From Lama guanicoe (lineage: Eukaryota), in the NCBI GenBank assembly GCA_013239625.1, contig MU057102.1, positions 248,001-312,000 of the forward strand: a stretch of 64,000 nt of DNA. Reading direction: 5' to 3'. The translations under genes were made by a program, and so were the position numbers. Positions 26,555 to 40,835 of the stretch are shown here, in pieces. Below the pieces are notes generated by a model. The model had not been told where the DNA came from, ran no database searches, and saw only the letters and a program-made list of their open reading frames with translations. Numbering within the stretch: the first letter of the stretch is position 1; each line of letters begins with the position of its first letter.

Positions 26555-27090
26555 ATTATGAAACTGCTGCTAAATGGTGGCTCTCAAGGGAAGTGTAAAT
26601 TGGCAGCGTCCTTCTGGAAGACGGTTTGGTGTTAGGTGTCAGTAGCAGTAAACGGTGTTGGTATGTAATTTTCGGAAGAATTGTTTCTAAGAAAATCACA
26701 AGTGTGGACAGAGCACTTTGCACAGTGATTATTGCACAGTTATAATTATTCAGTAAAAATTTAAAATTATTTTTCGTTGTGAAGATGAAAACTTTTAAAA
26801 ATGGGTATTTAGGGCAATACAGAATGTTCATTAAGATCTGGAAATATTCTACCCAGTGCAACACTGACATTGCAAACAACTGTACGGGGAAAGATTGAAG
26901 ATAAAATGCAAATTTTTTCTGAAGTATGTAAAATAGAATATATGCCATAATAGCTACCATATTTAACAATAAAAGGAAGTACACCCAATGTTAGTAGTGT
27001 TTATGGATGATCTTTATTCGTTTCTGTACTTCATAAGTTTTCTACAGTGAGCATTTTACAGACACTACTTTCATAGTCAGGAAAAAACCT
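26555..27090 (+). mobile_element. L1ME-like fragment
   Basis: gtgtaaattggcagcgtccttctggaagac...tggaaatattctacccag pattern. Confidence 0.55.
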
Positions 27091-27243
27091 TTTTTATGGT
27101 TTATGGTTTTATGGTGTACATCTAAGTATCTTCTAATTTTGAAGACCCCTTTGGAAACACATGATGAGAAATGAGAAATTTTAACTTGTGTTGTTAAGGA
27201 AAAATCACAGAATTGTAATGTTGAGTGGGAGCTGCATCTGCAG

Positions 27244-27454
27244 CAGGGTTTCTCTGCAGCAGCGCCATGGACATCTGGGGCTGCGCAGCTGTGGTGAGGC
27301 CGTCCTGTGCATCAGACGCCGTCCAGCAGCACCCCTGGCCTTTCCCCACCAGATGCCAGTAGCACCTCCCCACTAGATGCAACAATCAGAAATGTCCTGA
27401 GGCACAGCCAGGTGTCGCCTCAGAGGCACAGTCGCCCCTACTTGGGAGCCACTG
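27244..27454. mobile_element. MER20 (hAT-Charlie MITE)
   Basis: cagggtttctc...gtcctgtgcat...cagcacccctggcct...ccagatgccagtagcacc...gggagccactg. Confidence 0.75.
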
Positions 27455-27904
27455 GTTTTCAGAACATCCCTTTGCTGAGATGTGCAGACAGCTTCTGAGA
27501 GTTGCCGTCTGCCCACGGGCATCCAGCTGGGAAAGGGTGGAACAGAACCAGGCTGCCTCTCAGATGTGTGCCGCTCCTAATCCTGTTTCAGCACCGCCCC
27601 TGCTCGGTCCATTTTGTGTTCCTGCAAACCCTGTAAGAAGGTGAAAAGCGTGTGCTGGTAAAACACAGGCCGTGGCTGCTTCCTTTCCCCACAGGGTTTC
27701 TCCCTCACTGCATTGAAGGGCTGCACTTCTGAGCCACAGCAGTGTTGCCCTTGCCTCAGTGTTAGTGTTATGTTTTATGTTCCCTCTGGAAATGTTAGGG
27801 GTTGGGAGGGAGGCATGCCTGGTTTTTCAGATCGTTTTAGGCAGTTAATCCATCCCTGGTTCTCAGAGAATGAACCTGTCAGGAGTCAGCCGTTGCTGGG
27901 GGAC

Positions 27905-28085
27905 AGGCACAGGTTCAGGGCCCCGCCTCGCCACACACTGGTGATGTGACCTCATTTGGCAAGTGACAGAACTGTTCTGGGTTTCAGTTCTCTTATCTAC
28001 AAATTGAAGAAATAATAAGATGCAGCCAGTGATGTGAGATAGAGACCGCGCTTATTTAGATGGTGCACGTGTAGTGCCTGGTTCC
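27905..28085 (+). mobile_element. MIR SINE
   Basis: tgtgacctc...ggcaagtgac...tttcagttctcttatctacaaattg. Confidence 0.6.
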
Positions 28086-28226
28086 GGGTTGCCAGAGAAG
28101 ATATGTGTGCAGTTACGCATGAAGATGAGTGTTAGGTTCTAAAGGTACACGTGTGTTGACTTTTTTTGTAGACTGGAAGCTTGTGCTGATAATGAGTTTA
28201 TAGTATGTTTCACATTGTCTCCCTAG

Positions 28227-28336
28227 ATGTTGACTTATTTTGCTGCATTTGAGGTATTCTTTGAAGAAAATTTGCCGAAATTATTTGCCCATTTCAAGAA
28301 AAACAACTTAACTCCAGACATCTACCTAATTGATTG
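28227..28336 (+). CDS. TBC1D14: TBC1D14 coding exon ([37 protein letters not shown])
   Basis: ctccctag acceptor, gtaaga donor. Confidence 0.95.
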
Positions 28337-30493
28337 GTAAGACTGCATTTTAATGTTTTCAGTGTTTTCTTATCTCCACGTCCCCTTTTTTCATTCCTCA
28401 CTGCCAGCATCTTCCAGGGCTCGGCTGACCCCCACGTCCTGCTTTACCGTCTCCCCCGCGGCCCCGAGCCCTGTGTCCCTGGGCTCGTGCTGCTGGTCGT
28501 CTGCTCCGCTCTGGTACTCTCTCTGGTGCCTCCTGTGACTCTAACTGGTCCTCCTGAATTCTCTCGGGGAGAACAGTGTCTTGGACCTCTTTGTTTTCAA
28601 GGTACTGATATCCATTCCTTCCACGAGACGTCACTAAGCACCAGATCTGGCGGGCTCTCTTCTAGGATCCCGGACAGGCAGTGAGAGGACTCAGCACTGG
28701 CCTGTCCGGAGCTTCTCCCTAGTAGGAGAGACTGTCTGTGGACGGCTGGGGCTGGACAGCAGGTGATGAGTGCCGTCCCTGAAGGAAGGGAAGGACAGAG
28801 GCCTGGACCCAGGCTTGGGGGCCAGAGTACACAGAGATGACACAGGAGTTTGAGCCAAGACATGACATGAGTGTGCGGCATTCCAGAGTTAGGGCTGCAG
28901 CAGTTGGCGTGGTGATGTGGGAGCCTGAAGTAAAAGGCAGAGGGCGGCAGGCGAAAGGCCTGGAAGCCGGGTCTGGTGGGTCTCAGACGCCAGGTAGAGG
29001 AGCAGACAGGATTACAGGGGCCAGAGGGAGCAGCTGAAGGTTTGTGCTTGGGGTGAGAATGCAGGTGGGCTGTACCCAGAGGTGAGTTTTATCTACTCGC
29101 AAGGCAGGGGAACCTGGAGGCAGACACATTAAGGAAGAAAAAGCCAGGGCTTGAGCTGAGGCCGCAGGAGTGGGTGGAGAGTGGGGAGGAGAGAGATGCT
29201 GGAGAGGGAAGCGCTGTGGCCCCAGGGGAGGCTTGTGGCTGTCGGGGAGAGGGCGGAGACGCGTGGTCTGCTCTTGTGGGGCCAGATGCTGGGGGGGGCT
29301 GGGCCCAGCTGAGACCAGAACACAGCAGGGTTGGGTCTGTCGGGACTCTTAGTGGATTTGGCTGTGGACACAGTGGTTCTGAGGTGCCTGGAGGACACTG
29401 AGGAAGACTCACAGATACAAGGCTCCAGGGAGTTCTGCAGTGGGGCAGTGGACAGGCAGGTCTTCGTGCATAGGTGCATGTGGTTGTCTGAGGAAAGGCT
29501 GGGTCGTCACCCCAGAGAGCGCCAGGGGAGAAGGTGGGTGGTAACTTGGGAACAAGGTGAGGAGTCTCGGGGCCGCATGGTGGGAGGAGCGTGGGGTCCC
29601 ACCTAAGTCCCAGCCTCTCCTGTTATTCACCTATGGCCTGGCCGAGGGCCCTGGAACCTCTCTGAGCCTGCTCCCTCATCTGTAGACCAAGCTGATGAGC
29701 CTTTCAGGGCCTTGTCCGTTGACTGCCCGGCATTCCCACCCCGACTCACAGCGGGCTCTGCAGAGGGAAGGAATGTCACTTGACCGAAAAGCCCGTTGGG
29801 GCTTCGGCACTAACTTGCACAATGACTCTGAAACTGCCAGGAATGCAGAGCTGCTCTGACTTTTTTTTTTTTTTTTTTTGCTCACTTTCTCCATGAGGGA
29901 AAAGGCTTCTACAAGGTGAAGTCCAAATGTCGTCAGAAACAAGACTCCCTTAAATAAAGCCAACTTGTCCACACCCATGGGAACAAGCCTGTGGGATTCT
30001 TGGCATTAGTTGCTTCTGCCCTCAACCCTGTTTTGTTCTGACTCTGATGAATTCTTGCCAGGCACAGGGTTTGGAGGTCACAGCTCCTAGCTGACGTGAC
30101 AGGTGCTGTGTCACTGTGGGTTAGTATAGTGAGATGGCCGTGAAGTGGCCACTGGTGGGGATGCTGGGCTGGCCTGTCTGGCTGTGCAGGGTGGAAGTGT
30201 TTGGGGCCTCCCTTGAAGGGCACCTTTAGCTGACAAATGATTTGTCCACAACACGAACACTCAACTCTTGTATAGGCTGTCCCTCTGTACCCCTGTTGTG
30301 TACCCATGCTGGTCATTTGACTGTGAACCCTGACCTTGAAGGTTCCCAGCCTGGAGCCCGTGACCGGGGGAGAGTGGTAGGGGAGGCTCCTGTGGGACCA
30401 GAGTCTTCAGCTTCTACCTGGTCTATTTGAGGCCCCCAGGTTAGATTCTTAGGATTCCAGGCTAAAAGTGAACTTTGGAAAGCACTGTTCTGG

Positions 30494-30761
30494 AATAGTG
30501 ACTTTCAAACTTTTTTTACCCTGACTTGTAAAAGGAAGTAAATTTTGTGTTGTGACCCAGTGTGTGGCCGTGTGTGCAGCAACATAGTATGTATACGAAA
30601 CAGGTTTCATGAACTAGTACCTAGCTGTCACTATGTGCAGAGCATTCAGAAGTTTCCGGTTCTGTTCTATTTGTTCAAAAAACAAAAAAGCTGGTGCTGA
30701 TCCAGTGTGATGACAGCACAGGTGGTGGTCGGTGCGGTCACCACGGGCAGAGAGGAGCACT
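30494..30761. mobile_element. hAT-Charlie-like DNA transposon remnant
   Basis: tagtgactttcaaactttttt...tgtgacccag...agcactg terminal-like ends. Confidence 0.4.
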
Positions 30762-33700
30762 GTCCTGCAGGACGCCTGTCTTTCTATTCCAGGCTGAAGG
30801 TGGAGGGTAGAGGTCAAGGGGCCTGCCTTCATTGACTCCAGCGCTTCTCTCATGATCTCATGGGACGCTTGGAACAACCCCTGCCAGTGGATTGTAGCAC
30901 CTCTGTCTCACGCTTGAGGAAGGTGGGGCTCCAAGAGGCCGAGTGACTTGCCCGAGGCCGCGGGGCTGGCTGAGCAGCAGGGCTGGTGCTCACCTGCTCA
31001 GAGCTTGTTCGCTAGCGGGTTTAGCTGTAAGGCAGCATGACCCATGAGGTGGGTCCCGGAGCTCAGGCTCCAAAGATACAGCAGCACACTGGTGAGGGTA
31101 CACAGCTCAGAGCAGGCTTGCCAGCGATGCAGGTGGAGCAAAGCACAGAGGTCCGAGTGAAAAGGAGCTGTGAGGACCCCGCTCCGGAGACCAGGTGACG
31201 TGGTTGGTGCCTGATGCCCCTTGAGTGCTGCCCGCTGTAGTCTGACGAGGGCCCTGCTGGTGCAGGCCTGTCCCTGGTGAGATGCTTGACTGCTTCGTGG
31301 AATTAGGACCAGGTGGAACGCTGATGGCAGGGCTAGGCACACAGTAAGTCCTTAGTAGGAATTTAAGTTGAATTAAAGCACAGTGAATTAAGCACAGGAA
31401 AACCATGTATTCATGATTTATTCCTTGCAGTCCACATTTATGGATAGTCTGTAATGATTCAGGCTCTTGGTTGGGTGCTAACAGTTAGTTCAAAGCTCAG
31501 ATCAGAAGCAGGGTAGGCAGTGGGAAGGAAGCCCTGGGAAGGAACAGGTTTGGCCTAGGGCCTGCCCTGGAAGCTGGCGTCTCAGAGGCACTCGTTCTTT
31601 TGTTTCACCTTCACGGCCTCTGGAGCAGGTATGTCTTAGCGCAGAGGAAGCTGCTGAGGCCCCTTACCCGGCATCTCGCCTGTAGTGAGTGGTCCAGACC
31701 AGTCTCACTCCAGACCTTTTGCTTTTCCTGCTTCATCATGTCACCTTCCCCAAACCGGTGTCTGCACCCCTGACAGCAGGGCCTGCCTCTGAGTTGCACA
31801 TGTGGTGGATCTGCACTGTGCACGTGGTCTGCAGGGGCTTCCAGCAGCTCACTCTCCTTTTCCGTGTTGGAGGGCTGTGGGCTCCGTGGTTTGGCTTTCT
31901 GAGTGTCCCGCGTGAGCTGTGGTGCTCAGACAAGACGACAGAATCTCCTTTCCTGCCCTGCTGTCTGCCCCAGAGGCCATGTCGGAGTCGCCCTTACATT
32001 CCTAGCACAGCTTCTCTTCCCCCAGGATTATCGCATTGTGGCTTTATGTAGGACATTGTCTTGCCCAGTTTGATAGTTACTCTTCCAGAATGCTCTTTCC
32101 TCTCCCCTCCGCCCCAGCAGTCAAGGCTTCCCCCATCGCAGCGCTGACCACTGAGGGCATCGTCTGTTTCCTGCTGTGCCTGCAATAGACCAGGCTTTGC
32201 CAGTCACCTCTGTGTCCCCAGTGCCTGGACCCATGCCTGGCTCAGAGTCCTAGATTCAAGAATGCATCTGTTCCTGACGGGCCCCTTCCTGGGCTTAAAA
32301 TACACGGAATCCGGCCCGAGGCTCACCCGGGTGCTCGCTCCCCAGGGTGCTCGCTCCCCAAGTGCACTCGGGGCCGCTGTCTGCCCAGTGCTGCAGAGGC
32401 TCCACGGCTGAGGCCCAGATTTGCTCACTGACGCTGCTTTCCTGGCAAGGGGTCCTGTGTAGTGCTTGTCGCTCTTCTCTGCTCGCGTGGAGCTGGGAGG
32501 CTTAGGGCAGGGCCTCACCGACTGCGGCCTCCTACACGGTTGTGAGTGTTCAGTCAGGTGTCCATGTTTTGTGGGAGGGCTGACATGCGGTCATTTGACT
32601 TACCAAAATATTTCCCCACTGCTGTCAAATGGCAGAATTACTCAGAGACGAGAGTGGGTTTTGTAGCAAATAATCCTGAATTAACAGAAGAATCAAGCAG
32701 TACATTCTACATCACGATTAATGTTTCTTGAATAATGTCTGGTGATACTTGGAGATCTGATCATCATGCTGTCTCTTAGCTTAACGGCATGGTTCAAGGT
32801 GAAACTACGAGTCAGGAGATTTTAGTTTCCATCACATCTTGCATACATTTCACTAATAGCTTCTAACTTTCGGGTTTTGGGTCTGCCTAAGAACTCCAGA
32901 GTAGTGTTGGCTTGCTGAGCTCCCAGGCATCCGGAATAGCACCTGGCAGACGTGGGGGCCTCATCAGAGTGTGTGCGTGTGTGCGTGTGGGTGGGACGGA
33001 GGAGGTGTCCAAGCCTGCAGGGGGGACACCTGTCCGCAGGAAGGCCCTGCACAGCCCTTGGTCACCAGCCCACCTCGGCCTGGCTGCGATGGAGGCTGTG
33101 TTCTAACACGGGGTTCACCTGTTTCCCTACTGTCTCCTGCCTCTGCTCGGTGCTGGCAGCTGAAGTGAGAATACCTTTGAGCTCAAGTTAGGGGGTCCTC
33201 CCGGGGCACTGAGGTGGATCTGTCTGACTGCTTCCAGGGTCGGGGCAAGGGTTGGGCTTGTTAATTAAGTTTGAACTGAGACTTACATAACTACCTTCAG
33301 TTTTTAGTGATTGCAGTTCTATATTGGGTGTTTAATGTTGTTTTGTTTAATCCTCACAAGGCCTAAGGAGGCTGAGTGGTTTTCTAGCGATGTCTACGCG
33401 AATGGCTGGTCTGGGTTTTTAGGACACGGGGCACACCATGGTGAGGGGGAGGGGCTCAGGGCCACTTGGTAAGCCAGCTTGGGGGACAAAGTCCCATTCT
33501 TAGGAACCGGTGAGGATGGGAGCATTCAGGCACAGGTGGAAGTTGGCTGTCAGGCTTTGGAGGTCCAGGTGTGTCTGGTTTTGCTCCTCAGCGGGTGAGA
33601 CGCTAGAGGACCTTCACCCTTTCCTCAGGCTGAAAGCCGCATTTCCACAGCCTCCCTAGATTTGCAGTTTCCTCACCATAAAATGGAGATGAAGCTTGTT

Positions 33701-36700
33701 TTAACTGAGGGATCAAACTGGATGATCCAGAGGGGAGCATACGAAGCCGCACTGTGCAGGGAGGCAGGTGTGCCCGTCGGCTCTGCTTGGTGCTTGCAGA
33801 CAGGCCCGCGGTGCTTGCAGACAGGCGGGGATGTCGGTCCTCCCACCGCGGGCTTCTCAGAAGGAGCCTTTGCCCCCACGCCTGGCTTCGGAAGTGGTGA
33901 GCCCCCTCCCTCCCCGGCGTGCTCCTCGCTCCCCTGGAAGCTCAGACAAGCAGTCGGATCAGGCAGCGCCAGATAAGAATGCTTTCTGGGAACTGTGACG
34001 GCTTGACAGGAAGAAAACTGTTCCATTCCCCTCCACGTGCTGTTGGGGAAAGAGATACACACCACTCACCCCTTGTCCTTTCTGAGCCTGTTGCCACGTC
34101 ATTAGTTTAGCAACACAGACATGCACACACGCAAATACACACAGTGCAGTAATACGCAGCGGTCCAAGGGAGAAAAAGTCATTTCTTGGGGGAGAAAAAT
34201 CCTCCACTCTCTCCTCCAGGGCCAGAACACTCAGCAGTCCGGGGAAGGCCAGGGGCTTTCACCGCCCCTCCCTTTTCTTCCGCCCTCGTCCCTGCTGGAG
34301 TGGGCTGAGGCCCAGCACTGTGCCGCGTGGAGCCGACTGGAAGCGCTCGAGGCGGGGAGGCCGAGTGCAGACAGCAGCCTGCTCGCTCCGGAGGGCGGCT
34401 TCCGGGGCTGCCCCGCTCGCTCACTGCATCCCCTGGGGCTGAGTGGCTCCTCACCTGCATGAATGGGGCCGGATGAACCACTCTCCTGAGAATGAAGCGG
34501 GGGAACGTCGTTGAAGTGTCCTATTCACAGCTAAACGTAGTTTAAAAGAGTCAAGCATTTGACAGCCGCTGGTAATGAATGGTTTTGCAGTGAGAGGGGA
34601 GATGAGAGGAGAGGGAGAGGGGTGCTTGAGGACGCTGGCGCGTGTCTGAGCAGTCCTGCTGCGGGAGGCGGGGAGGCGAACACCCTCCCTGCTCAGACGC
34701 TGCGGGAGCAGGAGGCTGAGGGGACGGTGATGCTGGACTCGGACTAGAGCCCAGGGCCCAGGAGCTGGTCACTGGAAGGCCCGCCGGAGTCTGCAGGGGA
34801 AGGTAGCCGGGGTGTCTGTCCCTGCTTGATGACTGTGTGAAAGGGACATGTGAGGTGCAGCGTAAACATGAGCGTCACGGGCCTGGAGTGTGGCTCCCCT
34901 GGTCGTTCGATGTCAGCTTAGTCTTGTACAGTTCAAACTATATCTAGAGGAGTTTATGGAGACCCACACACAAATCTCAACTCAGTATTACGCTAAAGAA
35001 ATTAATTTTGTTATTTCTCTCTTGTTTGCCTATAGTTACTGTATTTCTCCATCATTTTTTACTTAAGACCCTGCTTTTAAGGTGTGAGGGCTTGATTCCC
35101 ACCAGTGAACTGGCGGGTGAGAAGCAGTGCTGGAGATTAGGCCAGGTCTCTTCACTTTTGAGAAATACAACTTCCTCCAGATGGAACTGAGAACACTTTT
35201 CAGATTGCGACTAGAAACGGGTCTCTTGATTCTCTCTTGAACTGTGTCTTCTAGACCGACAGTGAAATGGGTTTCGGTTTCTTGAGAAAGGAGAAGCTCA
35301 GGCTGAAGGTCCTCTGTGGCTCCAACAGGTTAGGTGTCCTCCCAGCACGACCGCGTGCTGCCCGAGAGCACGCCGTGCACTCCGGACGCTCGGAGCATGG
35401 GCTCTGGGGCGGCTTCAGGGTCTGGCTCTGCCGGTTACTGGTGGCAGGACCTGGAGTGATTTCTTCCTGACATCTGCCTCCCTCTTCCATCATCTGAGTT
35501 GAAATCTAAATTATTACACTTTTCTTGAATCTCTTAAGAGTTTTAAAGCACTGACAAGGGGCAGCCTTGAACATTATTGGGTCTTCATCAGCATGTGGTG
35601 TTGAATATATGCCCTTCACTGCATGGAAGTTCCTCCGGGTCCTGGAGGAAAGGCTGTTTATTGGGCAGAGCATCCTCCCAGGCGAGAGAGTCGAGTAAAT
35701 TGCACCCTGGAGTTCACCGCAGACAGAAAGCCTGTACCCATGAAACTAGGGAGCATATTTGCCAGTATGGTGTAACATTCCTGGTAGAATCTTCTCTAGG
35801 GAAGTGAGAGTCCTGCTCTTCAAGGCCTGGTGACATTACCTCCTGACCAGAGCCCTGCAGTCTAAGTCTAGCACTTGAGTTCAGGTGCCTTCATGGGCCC
35901 CGTGTGTCTCTTGAGTCAGCATGGACACTAAGGAAAAACTGAGACCTGCAGAAAAGTGGTTTTCCAGGAGGGATAAAGTATCCCCCAGCAGATGAGAGTC
36001 AGCACCTGTCATGAGGACTCATCCACCTGGTGAGAGGGCAGTGAGAACCTCTGACGTCTGTGACGTCCTTAAGTGGACTGGGAGCTTGCCCGCACACTTA
36101 CTCGGCAGAGATCGCCAGATGCGGTGCTGGTGCTGAGGGCGGGGGTGAGATGGGCCAGGCCCCTACTCTCGGGCAGTCTCCGTGGGAGACAGACGCGAAC
36201 ACAGCGTGTTGTGATGAGCACCAGGGCAGGGGGAGCCCAGAGCGGGAAGGAGCATCTGGCTGGGCCTGGGGATCAGGAGATGCCCTGGACATGGTGCCCA
36301 GGCTGCGGCTCATAGCTGCTGGAGGAGGACAGATTCACAGGGATCCAGTTTGGTCGACATCTCAACCTGACTCGCCTCGCTTTGTGACATGGCCACGTTC
36401 CAAGGTAGAAGCGGTTAGACCTGATGACGTATGATCACCTAGGATTGTATTTATTTGGTAGTTTGGACTGTGATTATCACAGTTTATGAAGGGAACACGT
36501 ATCTGTATTTCACTTTTTTTTTATCTCATGGTTTGCATTGTTAAATATAAGATCAGTTCCTTGTAATCCACCCTCAGATTTTTGGGAAAATGTTTCTTTG
36601 TTCCTTTGCTGACCCCTACTGGGACAGAAGTGTACGGCAGTCTTCGGAAGTCAGGTGTACGAGCGCACAGAACCAGACATTTCTGTCTACTGTTTCCGGT

Positions 36701-37042
36701 CCCCACCAGACCCTTAAGCCTTGTCGGCCGTGTGAACCTTACATCTGGCACCTCCCACAGGGGAATGAGCACATAGCAGGTGCCCGTAAATACTTGTTGC
36801 ATGCAGAGGTAACTGGTATCTGTAATTCTGAAACGGTACGGTGTTTGAGACTCCTTGTGACAGGTAATGCTGTCTTGTAAAATGTTTGAATTGGCCTCCA
36901 GAGGGAAGGCAGGCCGAGAGTCCCCCCCCCCCCCGATGTGATATGAGAGCGACTGCCTGAGGGAGACGCTGATGGATCAGACCTGAGTTGAGAGTGCGCT
37001 CTTTGTGCCGTGTGAAATCTGAGAAACTCAACTTCTCCCCAG

Positions 37043-37301
37043 GATCTTTACTTTATACAGCAAGTCTCTGCCCCTCGACCTGGCCTGCCGTATATGGGAT
37101 GTGTTCTGCCGGGACGGGGAGGAGTTTCTGTTCCGCACGGCCCTGGGCATCCTGAAGCTGTTCGAGGACATCCTGACCAAGATGGACTTCATTCACATAG
37201 CCCAGTTCCTGACGCGGCTGCCCGACGACCTGCCGGCCGAGGACTTCTTTGCTTCCATAGCTGCGGTGCAGATGCAGAGTCGAAACAAGAAGTGGGCTCA
37301 G
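37043..37301 (+). CDS. TBC1D14: TBC1D14 penultimate coding exon ([49 protein letters not shown]...KKWAQ)
   Basis: ttctccccag acceptor, gtgagc donor; RIWD TBC motif. Confidence 0.96.
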
Positions 37302-38859
37302 GTGAGCGGCGGCTCAGCAGTCGGCTCAGGAGCTCAGCTACCCGTGAGCCGACGGCCCTCCGGACGGCAGTTCCGGCAGTTCTGGGGCTGCAAGTGCGGT
37401 GGCCTGGGTCTGGGGCTTGGCTCTGCCACAGGGGGTCTTGGGCAGTCATCTCCTCTTTGGATCTGTGTCGGAGCCCTCCCACCCGTTCTGCAGTGGCAGG
37501 GCGGGGCGCGGGCAGAACTTCAAGTCAGCTGTCACAGTGCTCTCTGCACGTTAGACAGCACTTTGCTAACCGATCCCGTTCCCCCCTTTTTAAACATCAG
37601 AGACAGAAAGCAGGGGAAACCAATGCCGCCGCGCCCCGCTCCCTCCCTCAGCACGGTGTGCCCGGGACAGGGTGGTGAACAGAGGAGGCCCAGAGAGCAG
37701 GCACGGGAGAGGGGGAGGAGGGAGAGGGGAAGGGGGCTTCGGGATGTGTTGCCCCAGCTCCGTAGCACCTGTTAGCAGAGCAGCCAAGTAACAGCATGGG
37801 AGCGGCCCAGCCTGGGCCTCCATCTTCTAGGTCCCTCGCGTCTCCTCTGGACATTCCTCATAGGTTACGTCCCCTGTGGGCTTGGCCAGGGTCATCTGAA
37901 TCCTAGTCTTTATCTTTCTAAAAAGGGAAAACTAAAACCTTGATTCTTGGCCCTGCAGCTGCTGTTTGCCTGAGCATCAGGGCCTAGTTGGTTGATGTCT
38001 GGGGAGGCTTGTATGTGCCCAGTACTTGTTCCTGATTTATTTTTCTTATTAGTGGAAGATTTAAAGTGCACTGAGAAACAGAATGAAATAGAATAACGAG
38101 CCCCTGTGCGCCTGTCAAATATCCAGTCAGTTTTCATATTTCTACTTGTTTCCAAAGGTCACCAGTAGCTTCATAGGCTGCTTGAACCAGGATCCAGATA
38201 AGTTTACACATTGCAATTGGCTGAAAGATCTTTTAAGTCTTTTTTAACGTATAAGGGCTGCCCACCTTTCCACTTCTCCCTTCTCCTTTCACCCTTTATT
38301 TATTGAAGAAGTGATGTCATTTGCCCATTAGCATTTCCCACAGTCTGGATTTTGCTGGTTAGATCCCTGCGGTGTGTTTAATGTGGTCTTTCTATTCCGC
38401 ATGTCCTGTAAATCGGCAGTTAGATCTCAAGGCTTGATCGGGTTCCCAGTTTTTATGTTTGGGCACATTACTTCGTAGGTTATCAAACTATTTCCCTTTG
38501 ATCTTAGCCAGCAGCTTATTTTTATAACAGCTTTATTAGTTTACATACCATAAAATTCACCGTTTTTTAAAAGTGTACAAGTTCAGTGCCTGTTTATGTA
38601 TTAAACCAGAGAATTTCCCCTCTCACCTGGGCCCCTCGTTCGGCCCCCTGCGCTGGCCATTCCCTTCCCCCCTGTCCCCAGGTCTGATGCGCTCTGTGGC
38701 TGGCGGACTCCCTTCCTGTCTGGGTCTTTGGGGAAGGAGCGCAGCTGCTGTGGAGGGACTGTGGGTCAGTCTGTGAAACGCTCCCCTGGTTTCACGTGGG
38801 GGGGCACTATTTTGTGCTTAGGGGGTTATCAGTAGCATTTCTAAAATAAATACAATGTT

Positions 38860-39220
38860 TATAAAAAGGAGTGAAGTACCGACACTTGCTACAGTATGGA
38901 TGAACCTTGGAAGCATTATATTATGTGAAAAAGCCAGACATGAAAGACTGTTTGATTCCGTTCACATTCAGTTGCAGAACAGGGAGCTCGGTAGAGACAG
39001 GAAGTAGATTAGTGGTTGCCAATGGAGTGGACGAGGTGGGGACAGGGCTGTGGTAGCCAAAGGATACGGGGTTACTTCTTGAGGTGATGAAAATGTTCTA
39101 AAATGGACTGTGGTGAGGTTTGCACACGTCTGTGAATATACTAAGAAGCAATGAATTGTACACTTTAAATGGGTAAATTACATGTTATGTGAATTATATA
39201 CCAGGAAAACCATTAAAAAA
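38860..39220 (+). mobile_element. L1MB-like 3' end
   Basis: atggatgaaccttggaagcattat...ggtgatgaaaatgttctaaaat...gaattgtacactttaaatggg. Confidence 0.85.
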
Positions 39221-39241
39221 TGCACTGAGCTCGTGTGTGAG

Positions 39242-39442
39242 CAGGACTGGCTATATAATTATCAGGGATCTGGTGAAAGAAGAGCCTTTCTCTGATTAAG
39301 AAACAAACACGCAATGCGAAACGAAACTCTGGGGCCACGTGTTCAGAGTTAGTATGGAGAATTCCAGGATGGTGACTACAGAGCATTAGGCTCAGTAGGG
39401 CCCCTCCGAATGCATGGGCTTGATGCCCACGAAGCTGGCCTG
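39242..39442. mobile_element. MER45A-like hAT MITE with ~40-bp internal insertion
   Basis: caggactggctatataatt...ggggccacgtgttca...gaattccaggatggtgactacagagcatta...gcccacgaagctggcctg. Confidence 0.65.
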
Positions 39443-40835
39443 TGTGTAAGTGTATGCGTGGAGTCTCCTGCAGGCCAGTCACTTAGAGCGGTTTTCTGAA
39501 ATGGCTGCAGGAAGCCAGGGCTGTTGCTGATAGCCTTCATTCAGCACAGAACTGTTACTCCCTTGACTTTCCAACTTGTGTGGTCACAGGCCTGCTGATC
39601 TTCCTTTGTTCTTCACCGGTCCTTCCCTCCGTCCCCCCACTTGCACACCCACAGAAACACGCAAAGAGGGAAGGGTTGAGCCCACATCTGTCATTTAGCT
39701 TCTTGCATTTTAGGTGAAGATTACTGGTTAACACCAGATCAGAGGTTATTAAATAGTAGGACATTCTCCAGTAGTGGGATAGTAATAGGGGTCGGCCTGA
39801 GGGCGGGCATCAGTGAGTTTATTCAGTTCCAGGTCCCACGGGAGTTGTGGTCCTTGCCCATTTCTCTTGAATGCTGTACTTAAGGTTAAAACTCTGGTGA
39901 ACTTTATAAAACAGGTAGACGTTTATGCTTGGTCGGCAGTCCCATTTACCTAGAGGTGGGGGGGCTTTTATCTACTGTTATCCCCCCTGTGCAATTTATT
40001 TGAAGCCCACATAAAATGTTTCTGCTTTATAGCTTGTAATTTGTAATTCAGTCAACGTGGCATAGCGCCTGACCTAAGTAGTTTAGCACTGGTGCTGCAA
40101 AGATGCCCTTGGTTTTAAAATCAAACAAATCTGAGTTTGAATCCATACAAGCTGTTTGGCTTTTAGCAAGTCACTTGTCTGAGTGTCTGTTGCTCAGGTG
40201 ACATACAGCGTTGCATGGATTAAACAGCTGCTGTGCCGGAGGTGCCCTGGGAGCGCTCAACTGGGCCGGAGTGGGCGTGCAGTAAATGCGGCCTGTTGTT
40301 GTCACTGCGGCTGGTAGGCAATCACAGTGGAATGTGATATTTAGAAAAATAAAGGTGTTAGCCAGAAGCTGAGACTGCAGAGAGGAGGGAGCTGAAGTCA
40401 CCCTGGGGAAGCTCAGGAAGGCGTGGGAAGAGCTGATAGCTCTCAGGCCTGAAAAGGGCGCATGGTTTGCTGGCGAAGAGAGGGGGCAGGTCAGCGGGAG
40501 CCCGGGAGGGCAGGTTGGCGTCCCGGAGTGGGAAGCCCGGCATTGGTGGTGGCGAGCGCAGGGGCTGGAGCCAGACTGCGCAAGGAGAGGAGCCTGGGAG
40601 CCCCGCCTCGACACTGGCACCTGGGGGCCGGTGGGGAGTGGCTGTGGGGCACGAGCCCAGACGGCGTGGTTAGGGTTCCATGTTGGAAGGTGAGTGGAGG
40701 CAGGTGTGGAAGATGGACCAGAGCAGGGGCAGGTGGGGAGGCAGGCGCGGGGCTGCTGCGGTTCCTGTCACACCGGTCGGGATCTGTGTTCGGCGTGTGC
40801 TGAGGTCGCCCACCCCTGTCTCCCTGTGTCCCCAG

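Noticed and set aside
37101-37775. 224-aa ORF extending past the TBC1D14 exon
   Set aside because: Read-through into the intron beyond the canonical donor at 37301/37302; the tail has no protein-like features
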